A DNA stretch of 64,000 nucleotides from Carcharhinus longimanus (taxonomy: Eukaryota), in the NCBI GenBank assembly GCA_030264375.1, contig JASCQW010000081.1, positions 31,530,377 to 31,594,376 on the forward strand, in the 5' to 3' direction. The number at the start of each line of letters is the position of its first letter. The stretch's first letter is position 1. Under the pieces are notes generated by a model. The model did no database searches, was not told where the DNA came from, and worked only from the letters and a program-made list of their open reading frames with translations. Below, piece by piece: positions 39,707 to 52,000 of the stretch. A program made the position numbers and the translations under genes.

Positions 39707-39894
39707 ATACCTAATACAGGACTCTCAACTAATGATATCCCAACATATGTACTGTATACCCTGAGTTGTTTTGTGATTGAAATTTGTGGAGATAGAAATT
39801 GCCTTTGGTATATTCCTACCAGGTGCCAAATACAGCATCTAAGATGATGAAAAAATGCATTCTTCCCCCATTCTTAGTGTGGGTGCAGCTGGTA
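39707..39894 (+). repeat. ~187-bp direct repeat, copy 1
   Basis: atac(c/t)taataca(g/a)gactctcaactaatgatatcccaa...ttcttagtgtgg(g/a)tgca...tggta aligns closely with 41982-42167. Confidence 0.9.
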
Positions 39895-40057
39895 AAAAGT
39901 CTGCACCTATTTCTGTTATGGCATCCTATATCTGAAAACTCCGCAGAAAATCTTTTGTTTCTATGAGACATGAAGACTTTTCCTTAGGACGGTAATTAAT
40001 TTGTTTTGAAAATGTCTTGCAAACAATTACAAATATTGTTGTATTGCTCTAATTCAG

Positions 40058-40155
40058 AACAAGTTTACAATATGGTATTATGTGCTTGAAGCGGCTGAAC
40101 TATGACCGAAAAGAACTGGAAAAGAGAAGAGAATTAAGCCAACATGAAATTAAAG
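40058..40155 (+). pseudogene. Isolated liprin-alpha (PPFIA4/PPFIA2-like) exon copy: (R)[32 protein letters not shown](D)
   Basis: Translation is almost identical to the recalled liprin-alpha SAM2-SAM3 segment [22 protein letters not shown](K/R)RRE(E/A)SQHEIKD. ttcag acceptor and AAG|gtgaaa donor; phases 2/1 split the flanking R and D codons as expected. No neighbouring liprin exons recognised in the window. Confidence 0.85.
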
Positions 40156-40464
40156 GTGAAAGATCTATTACTGGAGTTTATAAATAAGTGATTTACGGAA
40201 CAGCTAATACTTTATTAAAAAGGGAATTGTAATTGATGATGTGTAAGTTACTGTGTGGTATTCTTCAATGAGACAAAACAAGGACAATTAGGAATGCGCT
40301 GGCTCGCAATACCCACATCCCGTGAACAAATAAAAGAAAGATGATTGTGTGCATTTGTCTCTTATCATTGTATATGATATATAAGGTAGTCAGACTTTAG
40401 AAATACTTGCATTACCTTTATAAACACCATATATACTTTAAAAACTTCTTTATAAACATACAAA

Positions 40465-40787
40465 ATTATAAATCAGGAACAGAAGTAGGCCATTCGGCCA
40501 TTTGAGGTACTCTGCCATTCCATAAGATCATGGCTGATTTGATTGCAGCTTCAATTCAACTTTCTTTCCAGCCCTCAGCCGATACCCTTTGACTCCCTTG
40601 TCAATAAAGAATCTATCTAATTCAGCATTAAAAATATTCAATGACCCTGCCTCCAACACACTTTGGGACGAGAGTGCCACAGACTCATGACCCTCTGAGA
40701 GAAAAGATTTGCCTCATCTCCATCTTAAATGGGACATTTTTAAATTGTGTCACCTAGTTTTGAATCATAGTCTCGGCTCCCAGTTCT
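40465..40787 (-). mobile_element. CR1 3' end
   Basis: aggaacagaagtaggccattcggcc...gagtgccacagactcatgaccctctgagagaaaag. Confidence 0.75.
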
Positions 40788-41119
40788 AGGGCAGAATTCT
40801 CTCAAAAAAATTCTAAGTGTTGAATTAGCAGGAAAACTGGAATAATTCACGTTGATTTTTGCATTGAGAATTCACACTAGAATCTCCACATTCTGTGTAA
40901 TGCAGAGGCCACTTGCATGAGTATCATTAGATTTCAGGGGCGGGTCATATTCCCACCCAGGATGCTGAAACCAGCAGGTCTCAGTGTATGCTCAGTGGCC
41001 CCAAACAGTCAGCCTTCCAGTTGCTGGCCAGCTCAATCGCTGGCCAGGTCAGAACCCCCGCAGTGCTGCCTCCCCAACCCCCCACAGCTTGATTGACCCC
41101 CGACCATTCCCAGGCCAGC
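40788..41119. mobile_element. Harbinger-like non-autonomous element, truncated by a gap
   Basis: Starts gggcagaattctctcaaaaaaattctaagtg, similar to shark Harbinger-type termini. Confidence 0.55.
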
Positions 41120-41412
41120 NNNNNNNNNNNNNNNNNNNNNNNNNNNNNNNNNNNNNNNNNNNNNNNNNNNNNNNNNNNNNNNNNNNNNNNNNNNNNNNNN
41201 NNNNNNNNNNNNNNNNNNNCAGTTTCATAGAAAGGAGTTTTTCAGAAGATAAATCCGACTTTTTCCATGATAAGATGTAGGTGTGGTCAGGTCGTACAGT
41301 TTAATTTTAAAAAATCACAAGGGGATTTCCAGCTATGGTTGAATATGTTGTGGATAAGTTAATATTTTAATGGTTGAAAATTTAATTATTAAAAAATCTT
41401 TTTTTTTGACAG

Positions 41413-41563
41413 GCGGAGCTTTCTGGATCATCTTCATTGTTCTTCAGGAAACTGAGTAATCCCGACCTCACCTGTTCATCTGGAAAAGTTTCTAAACTTC
41501 AACATCAATTTAGTGAAGATGATGGGAAACTTCGAAGAGGGAGCTTTGCTGGTGCACTAGGAG
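41413..41563 (+). CDS. MAST2: MAST-family kinase exon 2 (AELSGSSSLFFRKLSNPDLTCSSGKVSKLQHQFSEDDGKLRRGSFAGALG-G)
   Basis: Poly-T tract + acag acceptor, GAG|gtgaag donor, 151 nt (phase 0 to 1). Matches MAST2 LLFRKLSNPDIFSSTGKVKLQRQLSQDD and MAST4 EDGRQLRRGSLGGALTG. Confidence 0.9.
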
Positions 41564-41981
41564 GTGAAGAGTTGACTTATTTTTATTTGTTGCCAGCTTT
41601 CGGATTTTTGATATTCAAATAAGTAGATCATGAATAGGATTGTTATACTTTGAGGGATAACGTTCAAGGTTCTATGTCTTAAAAGTTTACCAGTTGAACT
41701 CTGGTACAAATCAAACCCGTAGAAAAACAAAAGCAATTGTCAAACATTATTAAAAATCATCTTAAAACCATCCAGTATGCTTTAGTTGTATAAAAATACT
41801 CTTGGCAAGTTTGGTGTCAACGAAAATGTGCATATTAATTTGGAAAACATGTACTGGACATGGCATATATTGACATTTAAATTGTCAGCGGTACCACAGC
41901 TATCACATATCCATGATATGAACCATACTGATGGCCCAAAAACTGTTGAAAAATGTCATATTAACACTTCACATATTGTTT

Positions 41982-42167
41982 ATACTTAATACAAGACTCT
42001 CAACTAATGATATCCCAATGTATGTACTGTATATCCTAACTTTTGTGATTGAAATTGTGTGGAGATAGAAATTGTCTTTGGTATATTCCTACTATGTGCC
42101 AAATACAGAATCTAAGATGATTGAAGAAAACGCATCCTTTCCCTGTTCTTAGTGTGGATGCATGGTA
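41982..42167 (+). repeat. ~187-bp direct repeat, copy 2
   Basis: Aligns end to end with 39707-39894, with scattered substitutions and small indels. Confidence 0.9.
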
Positions 42168-42919
42168 CATTTTAACATGAAAGAAGTTTTAAGCCTGCAA
42201 TGTAATGTGGTTTGTGTGACTTGTAAATTGTTCTTTTTTTTAAATTAGCATCCCTATTCAGTGTTTTAACTTTGTCCTCCTTCCTTCTCTTCCATAACTG
42301 AGTAAACTAGCAGCTTGCTTCAATCAGGTCTGACCTGTTCTGACTCAGTGTTAACACTATTTTGCTCCCCAACATTTTTTTCTTGTTTTTTCATATAATT
42401 GAGCATTTGACAGTATTTTGTTGTTACGAAGCTATTTGGATCCTTCTGTTGGCAAGTTCCTTGGGGTAAATGGCTGACTGATTCTTAAATCTTGATTATT
42501 TATGGGTAAGTGTGTGATCTTGGTTGTTATTGGCGTATTTATACTGGGAATCACTATGGCAAAATTAATGTTGTTAGCATCTTTTGGGATGCCTATATAT
42601 TACTTTTCTTGGTTGGTATATTTATCTATCAAAAGCTGGCGATCATTTCTCAAAAGTGGCCCTGATTAATATACAATTACATGAAAATTTAGGAACTTGT
42701 TGTAAATAATATGATGGTGGGCTCAACTTTTTTTGTAAAAAAGAAAGTAGGTACTCAAAAGCCTAATGGAATTATGGAGGTTTTAGATACATGCGTTAAA
42801 AGTATATATTTTTTATATTTTGAAAAGGGTCATGGATTTGGGTGTGAGTTTTGATATTAGTTGTTTCTTTCATTTTGGTAATTTTGGAGTTTTATATTGG
42901 ATGTATTAAGAAGGACAAG

Positions 42920-43575
42920 TTGGTAAAACAGTTAGTCAAGCTTAACGGGTCCTGGGCTTAAAGGTGTGCACCTACAAAAGCCAGAAATGTATGCTGAGCC
43001 TACCTAAAACATTACTGTGGCTCCAGATGAAGTATTGTGCCTAATTTTGGGCAGCATGCTTGAGGAAGAATGTGAAGGCTTTGTATTGGATACAGAAGTC
43101 ATTTAATGGAATAGTTCCAGGGATGAGGTGTAACAATTAAGTGGCTAGACTTTAGAAGATGGTATTAATATTCTTAGAGCTGAGAAGACTCAGAAGAGAC
43201 TTACGTGCTTAAAATTATGAAGGAATTAGATAGACTAGAAAAGGAGAAACTGTTTCTTGTGACTGAAGAGTCAGTAACTGGAGAGCACAGGCTTAAGGTG
43301 ATTGAGAAAAGAGGCCATGTGAGGAAAAGTTTGTTCACACAACAGGCAGTTAGGATTTGGGATGCAGTGCCTGAGGGGGTGGTGGGTACAGATTCAACAG
43401 TTGCCTTCAACAAGGGAATTGGATCAAGTCCTTAATGAGAAAAAAATTACAAAAATTTGGGAAAAGGGAAAGTGGAACTGAGACATGACAGATCAGCCAT
43501 GATCTTATTGAATGGCGGGGCAGGCTCGAAGGGCCAGATGGCCTACTCCTGCTCCTATTTCTTATGTTCTTATGT
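42920..43575 (+). mobile_element. CR1 LINE 3' fragment
   Basis: ORF 43205 LKIMKELDRLEKEKLF...RKSLFTQQAVRIWDAVPEGVV; tail cctatttcttatgttcttatg. Confidence 0.85.
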
Positions 43576-43689
43576 GGGGTTAACGCTTCAAAAAAGGCCA
43601 GCATAGACTCAAATTACCTTCTGTGCTGCATTGTGCTGTGATTCTTTAACTCTAATGTAGTTCATTAAGCCAGAATAATTTATTTATCA

Positions 43690-44022
43690 TGGATGACATA
43701 GAATCCCTACAGTGCAAAAGGAGACCATTTGGCGCATTGAGCCTGCATCAATTCTCTGAAAGAGCATCTTACCTCGGCCTACCACCCAGCCCATCCCTGT
43801 AACTCCACTTATTTAGCCCAATAATTCCACCCTCCGCACACTGAGGTGCAATTTAGCATGGCCAATTCACCTACCATGCACATTGTTGGACTGTGGGAGG
43901 AAATCCATGCAGTCACTGGGGAAAATGTGCCAACTCCACACACACAGTCATCCAAGACTGGAATCGAACCCAGATCCCTGGCAGTGTGAGGCAGCAGGGC
44001 TAACAACTATGCTACTATGCCG
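43690..44022 (-). mobile_element. HE1-type V-SINE
   Basis: catagaatccctacagtgca...ggaatcgaacccagatccctggcagtgtgaggcagcag. Confidence 0.85.
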
Positions 44023-44114
44023 GAAGGGTTAGACATTTAAAACAACATGGTTGTACATCGTTAAATATGATTCTATACAGTCTAAGTCCTTCTAGTGAAC
44101 CCTAACATTTTATT

Positions 44115-44415
44115 TTGCAGGGCCAGCATTTGTTGCCCATCCCTAATTGCCCTTGAAGGTGATGGTGAATTGAACTGCTGTTGAACATGTAGTGTAGGTT
44201 CAAACGCAGTGCTGATAGGAAGTTCCAGATTTTGGACCCAGTGATAGTGAAGGATGGTGTGTGACGTGGAGGGGAACTTACAGGTGGTGGTGTTACGATA
44301 CATCAGCTGCTCTTCACTTTCCAAGTGATACTGGTTATAAGTTTGGAAGGTGACATCAAAGGAACCTTGGTGAGTTGCTGCAGTGCAACTTGAATATGGT
44401 GGCCGCTGCTGCCAC
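44115..44415 (-). mobile_element. CR1/L2-group LINE 3' end
   Basis: ggccagcatttgttgcccatccctaattgcccttgaagg..., reverse complement of the 6165-7170 tail. Confidence 0.7.
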
Positions 44416-45479
44416 GAATAAATTATTAAACTGGCAATTGTTTGGATTTAAATGGTGAGGTGATTTGGGCCAACAATTACCATGTACTTTTGTATAGCTT
44501 TAAAAGCAGCAATATCAACTATCTGGGGTAATTGTTTTTATTTCCTCCCTTTTTCTGTGTGGAACTGCTTGGCCTCTGCCTGCACTGCGTGGTTATAAAG
44601 CCATGTCCTGTCCCTCGGAGCACAGCCGATTAGTGTTCCAATATGCATTTCTACCAATAAAATATTGACAAAAAAGCTTGGAAGAGCATTTGGTCTGAAC
44701 AATGGAAGTAGTATCTTCAGAAATAGCATATTGCCAAGCAGCTTGCAGTTTAGAAAAGATTAATTTAGTTGCTCTGAAAAATGTGGTCAAAGAATTTATT
44801 TCATGTTTGGAATAGGGAGTTATATTCTAAGCCATGTGCATAATTTACAAACAGTTGGTTGGAGGCCGGCAGGCCTACAATTTCTTATTGCTGGCTTTTG
44901 TGCTGATTCAGCACCACGAACCTCACCCTGAGCCACTCGATGAGGCAATTATAGCCCATTCCAGGGCCTATTGCCCCATTGCTGGCCTAGATTTTCCAGT
45001 TGGCTTTGTGGACCAGTGGCAACAATTTGGACTGAGCAACCATGGCGGGCTCACATCAGGAAGGGGATGAGCCAAGCTTCAATCATGCAAGGTACAGTCC
45101 CCACACTTGTCATGGCTACCGGCCTACTTTTGTGAATGCTGACCAAGTGGAGGAGGGGTTGTCCATCCATAATCACAGCCAGACAACTGCAGCCATTTTA
45201 AATTAAGAAAACTGACCTCTTTGTTGGAGAATGTATTTTAAAATTGTTTTACTCCATAATTCAAGTTACAAAACCAATGTACAGAGTGGACATGACAAGC
45301 CCTTAATCTGTCACCTTGCTTGCTCTAAAAATCAATTCAGATTTAATCCAATTCAATGATCCCCACAAGACAGATATACAAGATCCAAGCTGACAAAAAG
45401 GCATCGCACTTGATTGTGGGCTTGATATGATGCTTGTTCTTAGCTAGAACCTGTGCGCTCTCTCGCACAATCAACCAAC

Positions 45480-45735
45480 TGGCATGGTGGCACAATGCTT
45501 AGTGCTGCTACTTCGCGCACATCCTCTCTGTGTCTGCATGGATTTCCTCTGGCTGCTCCACTTTCCTCCCACAGTCCAAAGATGTGTGGGTTAAATTTGC
45601 TAAATTCACTTTCTCAGGGGAATCAGCTGAGTTAATATGTGGGATTACGGGAATAGGGCCTGGGAAGGATTGTGGTTGGTGCAGACTGTGGGCCGACTGA
45701 CCTCCTTCTGCACTGTAGGGATTCTGTGATTGTAT
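45480..45735 (+). mobile_element. Internally deleted HE1 SINE
   Basis: ggcatggtggcacaatgcttag...ttctcccacagtccaaagatgtg...ccttctgcactgtagggattctgtgatt. Confidence 0.8.
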
Positions 45736-48116
45736 GCTTCTAACCACAATTTATAATTTTATTGGATGGCAAGCTCCCTCCCAGCCATTATTGGCTTAGT
45801 GCTTTAGAAATCTTGGTGGTGGTCTTGGGACATAGTTTTCCTGATCCTGGGCTGAAAATCCAGCCCAAAATGTTTCATTTTCAGGCACTAACAAACATGT
45901 TCTGCATAAATGATGCTTTAAACTTGAAAGAGACTGTCAAGGAGAAGATTGTTAGAGGTCTCAATATGTGACATTCTAACATGGAGTCTGTGGATGTTTG
46001 CCTGTAACATTTGCTGCTGCAATTTTATGCCTTGCCTTTTATCTCAGTTTTGCCTCAATTATTGCTGAAATATTTCAAGACCTTCTATATTTCTTTGTAA
46101 TGTCTCCTGTCAGGAGGATTGTTAAGGTATAGTGGTTGTGTGGCAGTACCTAATAGGATGACTGCACTGCAGATGGAAGAGTCCACATTTTCTAGGGCAC
46201 TGCTCGGAGCTGCATTATTCTGCAGCAATCTCGTGCTCTGTAGCCACCCTTTCCCCCTTTCTGGTTTTGTACAATTTAATGACAACAGTGTTGTCAAATA
46301 ATGTTTCTCACTCAAGTTTTCATCAGGTTTGTTTATGAGCAGGCACAAATGGATCAAGAATTGTTTTTAAGTGGCTGTTTAGCCCTCCAGTTAGCTCACT
46401 GGATAATACACTACCTGATATGACGCAGTGCTACACAGAATAACAAAGCCTCCAGTTAAGTTCCTAACCTGTGCTGAATTAATGACTGTTTTGAATTCTA
46501 GCCCGAATTCCCTGTGGTACTGGGGGATTGCAAATGAAACAGTGCTCCCAGTGCAGGCCACTATCCCTCCTGAAAGATGTGCACTAATGCAGGTATGAAA
46601 GCACAATTGGGTTTGACTGTGATACTTCCACAGTCAAATAACCTGCCAACGCTTGCTGTCAGAACTAAGGCGCTGCTGACATTGTAGTAACATGAGTCAG
46701 TACCTTAGTGGAAAGAGGAGAATGTTGCTATTTGGGCTACTCCCAGCTCTATTTATGTTCGTAGCAACAAGGCAACTTCAATTGGCAGGCCTGTGTGTCT
46801 CCTGTGATTTGAAATTTCTCAACCTTGTGCATAGGTTGGTGAATTGTGCAAGTAGCAACAGCCCTTTTCTCACGATGCATACTGGGAAAGTGTATGAGAC
46901 GTTCACTGTTTTCTACTGATTGAAAAAGGTGGAAAACAACACACTAGCAATCCATATACTTCAGTCTAAATTACAAATTCTACACGTCGACATGGAATTT
47001 TATGAGAAAATCAGTTGTCAAAAGAACAATTCAATTCTCGACTCTTGCCAGTCTTTTCTAAGATCAAATAACAAAGAAGTTAAGAATTAGTCGAATCTAT
47101 TTTAATTGGTTCTTTGGACAAAATCAGTATTCCACGTGTGGGCCAAAAGGATATACGATACAAAAACAGACCAGTGTAAAATATGGGAAATTTGTATCCA
47201 TGGAGTTGCATCTCACCAGTTCTGGTTTGGTCAGGTGGACTAAATGAATGGCTAGAAACTCTCTGTATTTAGAATAAACCATACTCATTCCTGCCTGAGG
47301 TATCCCGAACTGTCCATCAAGATATATTAAAGAGACAAAAGTGGGAGGATACTCTATTCTAATTCTGGCACAATGTGCGCCTGGATAACTTTTGCTATGT
47401 TTAATGGTTCAGCTATTAGAAAGGTTTTTAAGCTTACAATCTACATGACTGAAACCTACAAAAAGGTTAATGTACACACATTCAATGTTTCCCAGCCAGG
47501 AGAGAATTTCTAGTGCAATTTAACAAGTCTTGACAGGAGAATCACAATTTGTGGTTGTATCTTTTTCTGTGAAAAGTGAGTGGCCTTTGTATGTTTCTTA
47601 ACCAATGCATTTAGTTTAAACCTCATTTTCAAAACACTGGGCAAAGTGAAACCGTGGGCAGCTTTCAACAACTTAAAGGTAAATATGTAGAGTTTAGCAG
47701 CTGTGTGGTTGGCATTGTGGTGCACAACAGCAATTATGGATCAGAATTGTTGTGAATGACAGCAATTTGGGATGGAATTTTCGTTTTATTTTGATATTCC
47801 ATTTAAGAAATGCATTCACGGCCTGAGGAATGAATTATTTTTTACATCAAAAAATTCATACCTAGACAAGGTATTCAAATTAAAAATATGTAACAATCAT
47901 ATGGTAACAAAAATAGAAAAGTGCATTCAGCAGGTAATAGGGGAGTGATGAGCAGGCTATTAAAAGAGAGTAAAATTACAAATCAATACATGGTTTCTAC
48001 ATTATAGCCACTGAAGTATATACAGTTTTTTTTCAGTTATCATTTGGCCATGGATCATAAACCAGTAAGAATTTAGACAGGAAGGGAGAGAATAGAGAAT
48101 AAAATAGGAACATAGG

Positions 48117-48365
48117 GTGCAGAGGAGGTTTACCAGGATGTTGCCTGGTATGGAGGGGAGGTCCTATGAGGAGAGACTGAAGGATTTGGGNNNNNNNNNN
48201 NNNNNNNNNNNNNNNNNNNNNNNNNNNNNNNNNNNNNNNNNNNNNNNNNNNNNNNNNNNNNNNNNNNNNNNNNNNNNNNNNNNNNNNNNNGTCATTGTTT
48301 TAACTGGTCGGCGCAACATCGTGGGCTGAAGGGCCTGTTCTGCGCTGTAATGTTCTATGTTCTAT
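48117..48365 (+). mobile_element. Young CR1 3' fragment spanning a gap
   Basis: VQRRFTRMLPGMEGRSYEERLKDL; tail gggctgaagggcctgttctgcgctgtaatgttctatgttctat. Confidence 0.85.
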
Positions 48366-49044
48366 AAATAAACTGGAGTCAGGGAGGGAGGAAAGCTATA
48401 CTATATGATGTCTAATAGCCAAGTTCTTTTTAGAGGTGCAACAAAACATTTGATTTTGTCCTGCAGATTTACTGTCTTCGTTTTTAAAATATCTCCTTAA
48501 ATGCAAACGTTAATTGATGTGGAATGGTAGGCATGTAACCCCAATCTCCCCCACTTCAGACATGCTTTGTTTTTTTCTGAAGGAAATCAGTAGTTAACCA
48601 AGCCTTTACTTAAAAAGGTCAGAAGTCTTGACCGAGAGCCCAGCCAGTGAAGCTTTGCATTTTAAAAAATGGAAGATGATTCTGGTCTGATAATGTTGTG
48701 GAGGAGCGATGTCAGGGATAGTTGTGGTGTAGCAACAGCTGAATGTGACAACACTGTAGGTGGAAGTTCGGCATCTGGGAGCATTCGGTGGATGTCATTG
48801 AGTTCACTGGCAGAACTGGGAAGCATATTAGAGTCTGGTGTGCAAAGTATTTACTGCACAGAAACATCATTCTGCCAATAGGCTCATGGTAATATTTTTA
48901 CTCCACAGGAACCTGTTCCCATCCTTCCTGCCTAACTCCATCTGCATGTGCTTCAATTCTTTTCCCTGCTTTCCAGCTTTGTCTTGAATGCATCTCTGTT
49001 TGCCTCAGTTTCTCCTTATACTACTAGTGTGTTCCACATATATA

Positions 49045-52000
49045 TGTGTTAGGTGGATTGGCCATGCTAAATTGCTTCTTAGTGTCCCCAGATTTGTACT
49101 TGGGGGATGATTAGGGTAAATGTTAAGTGTCACAAGGGTGGGCCTGGGTAAGATGCTGCATTGGCGAGTTGGCCCAGACTTGATGTGCTAAGTGACCTCC
49201 TCCTACAGTGTAAGGATTCTATTTTACGCACATAGTATTTATGTGGACGGTCCATTATGTTTCTGGTCAATGGTGACCATTAGGATGTTGGGAATTCAGC
49301 AATGGAAATGGTGTTAAATATCATAGGAAGATGGCTCGATTCTTTCTTGTTGATTGTCATTGCCTGACGCTTGTGTCATGTGAATGTTAGCTGTCATTAT
49401 CAGCTCAAGCTTCGTGTTGTCCATGTCTTGTTGCATGCAGGCACAGACTTCTGAGGAGTTGAAAATTGTATTGAGCACTGTGATCCCTGCTTCTGGCCCA
49501 ATGATGGAGAGAAGATCACTGATGCTTGAGAGTGGTTAACTGGCTAGATTGCATTTGTTCTGCTTTGTGTTGAAAGGATAAACTTGAAAATCTTTGTATA
49601 TTAAGACCATAAGATACAGGAGCAGAATTAGACCATTCGGCCCATCGAGTCTGCTCTGCCATTCGATCATGGCTGATATGTTTCGCAATCCCGTTCTCCT
49701 GTCTTTTCCCTGTAACCTTTGATCCCCTTACATTCAAGAGCCGATCTACATACCCTTCTGTGGCAATGAATTCCATGGATTTGTGACCCTCTGGCTGAAG
49801 AAATTCCTCCTCATCTTAGTTCTAAAAGGTTGTCCTTTTATTCTGTGGGTGTGCTCTCAGACCCTAATATTATCAGATAGATACCAGTGTTGTTAGCTGT
49901 ACTGGAATCGCCTGACTTAGATTATGGGCAGTTCTGGAGCACAAGTCATAAGTACCAAAGCGGATATTTTCAGGACCCATAGCTTCTGTTGTATCCAGCA
50001 GCTTCAGCTTTTCTTGATAGCTTGGGGAGTAAATCGAATTGGCACCTGTAGTGTTGGTGACTTGGGAAGAGCCTAAGATGGATTACCTACTTGACACTTC
50101 TAGCTGAAAGTTTCAACTGCTGCAGCGTTGCCTTTTGTACTGATGTGCTAGGCTCACCTATCATTGAGGATGGGGAGGTTTGTGGAGATGCCCCTCTCAG
50201 TTAGTAGCTTAATATTACTTACTGTCCTGTCACATACAGTTATATGTAGGGAGTTATCTGGCCTATTGGCTGTGGCATTGCTTTGCTTTATCTAAGGCTG
50301 TTTCTGCTGTTTAGCAGGCATGTAGTCCTGGATTGCAGCTTAACCAGGTTGGCACGTATGTCTGCTGATTGCCACCTATCGCCCTCCTTCACCTGGTGAA
50401 TCAATATTTCTCTGTGTTGAACGTCACTTGGAAGAAGCACCAAAAAGAACAAAGGCAAAGATTGCACTTCAGTGTCCAGTGGGGGACCTCATTGCCCATC
50501 GCTAAGAGTGGCTTGGTAGCCCTGGTACTGACCAAGCGGGTTGAGTACTGACGAACATGTCTGTCACAGTTGGAATGTGACAGGTGGTGAGAAAACAAGA
50601 AGAAAATAATCTACTTAATCTTGTTCTCACAAATCTAGCAGTTGCAGATGCATCTGTAGTCAAGACAGTTTTGTTGGAGTGACCACCGTGCAGTCCTTAT
50701 TTGGACAAAGTCCTGCCTTCATGCTGACGGCATCCAACATTGTGTTGTGTGGCATAGCTGTCATACTAAATGGATAAATTGAAAGCAGATCTAGTAGATC
50801 AAAACGTAAAAAGATTTATAGGATGTGGGCATGGCTGGCTAGACCAGCATTTATTGCCCATCCCTACCTGCCTTTGAGAAGGTGGTGGTGAGCTGTCTTC
50901 TTGAACTGCTGCAGTTCCTGAGGTGTCAGGAACATTGCTGTTAGGGAGGGATTCCAGGATCTGAACCAGCAACAGCAGAGGAATAGCAATATATTTCCAA
51001 ATCAGGATGGTGAGTGGCTTGGAGGGGAACTTATTGGTTGTGATGTTCCTCGGTATCAGCTGCTCATTTCCTTTGTGGAGAAGTGATTAGCACAATACCA
51101 GGAACGTTCAGTTTCAGCCTTGGGTGACTGAGGTTTGCACATTCTCCCCATGTCTAGGATGTGTTTCTTCCGGGTGCTTTGGTTTCCTCCCACAGTTCCG
51201 AAGGTGTGAAAGTTAGATAGGCCATGTTAAACAAGCGGTCTTGGGTTTGGAAGATACTGCTGAATGAACCTTGGTGAGTTCTGTGGTGCATTTTGTAAAT
51301 CATAGAATCACTACAGTGCAGAAAGAGGCCATTTAGCCCATCGAGCCCATATCGACGACAATCCCACCCATCCCCTATCCCATAACAACAAGTATTCACC
51401 CTACTAATCTCCCTGACACTGAGGGTTGATATTAGCATGGCCAATCCACCTAATCTGCACGTTTTTGGACTGTGGGAGGAAACTCATGCAGACAAGGGGA
51501 GGAGGTGCAAACTCCACACACAGTTACCCGAGGTCAGAATTGAACACGGGTCTTTGGAGCTGTAAGGCAATAGTGCTAACTACTGTGCCATCATGCTGCC
51601 CATGGTACACACAAGTAGTACACACCGTTGCCACAGTTGCTGCTCAGCTTTTGTTCCACCAGGGCCAATTAGCACCTGACATTACTACAGCCTTGGTTCA
51701 AACATGGACAAAAGAGCTGAATTCCAGAGGCGAGGTGAGAGTGGCTGCCCTTGACATCAGGGCAGCAGTTGACCGAGTATGGCATCAAGAAGTCCGAACA
51801 AAACTGTAGTCAATGGCAATCTGGGGAAAACCCTCCACTGATTGGAGTTATACCTTGCAAAGAAGAAAATGGTTATGGTGATTGAAGGTCAATCATCTCA
51901 CTTCCAGGACATCACTGCAGGAATTTCTCAGGGTAGTGTCCTAGGCCCAACTGTTCATCAATTACCTGTTTTTCATCATAAGGTCAGAAGTGGAGATGTT

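Noticed and set aside
40095-40130. YDRKEL resemblance to the 4E-BP or PPP1R14 motifs
   Set aside because: The whole 32-aa exon matches liprin-alpha far better, and the YxxxxL-hydrophobic motif is incomplete.
40058-40155. Treating this exon as a regular MAST coding exon
   Set aside because: Its phases (2/1) do not fit MAST exon 1 or exon 2 (both phase 0), which join in frame without it.
45848-45867. Small hairpin TGGGCTG-AAAATC-CAGCCCA
   Set aside because: Only 7 bp; most likely a Harbinger MITE end remnant or chance.
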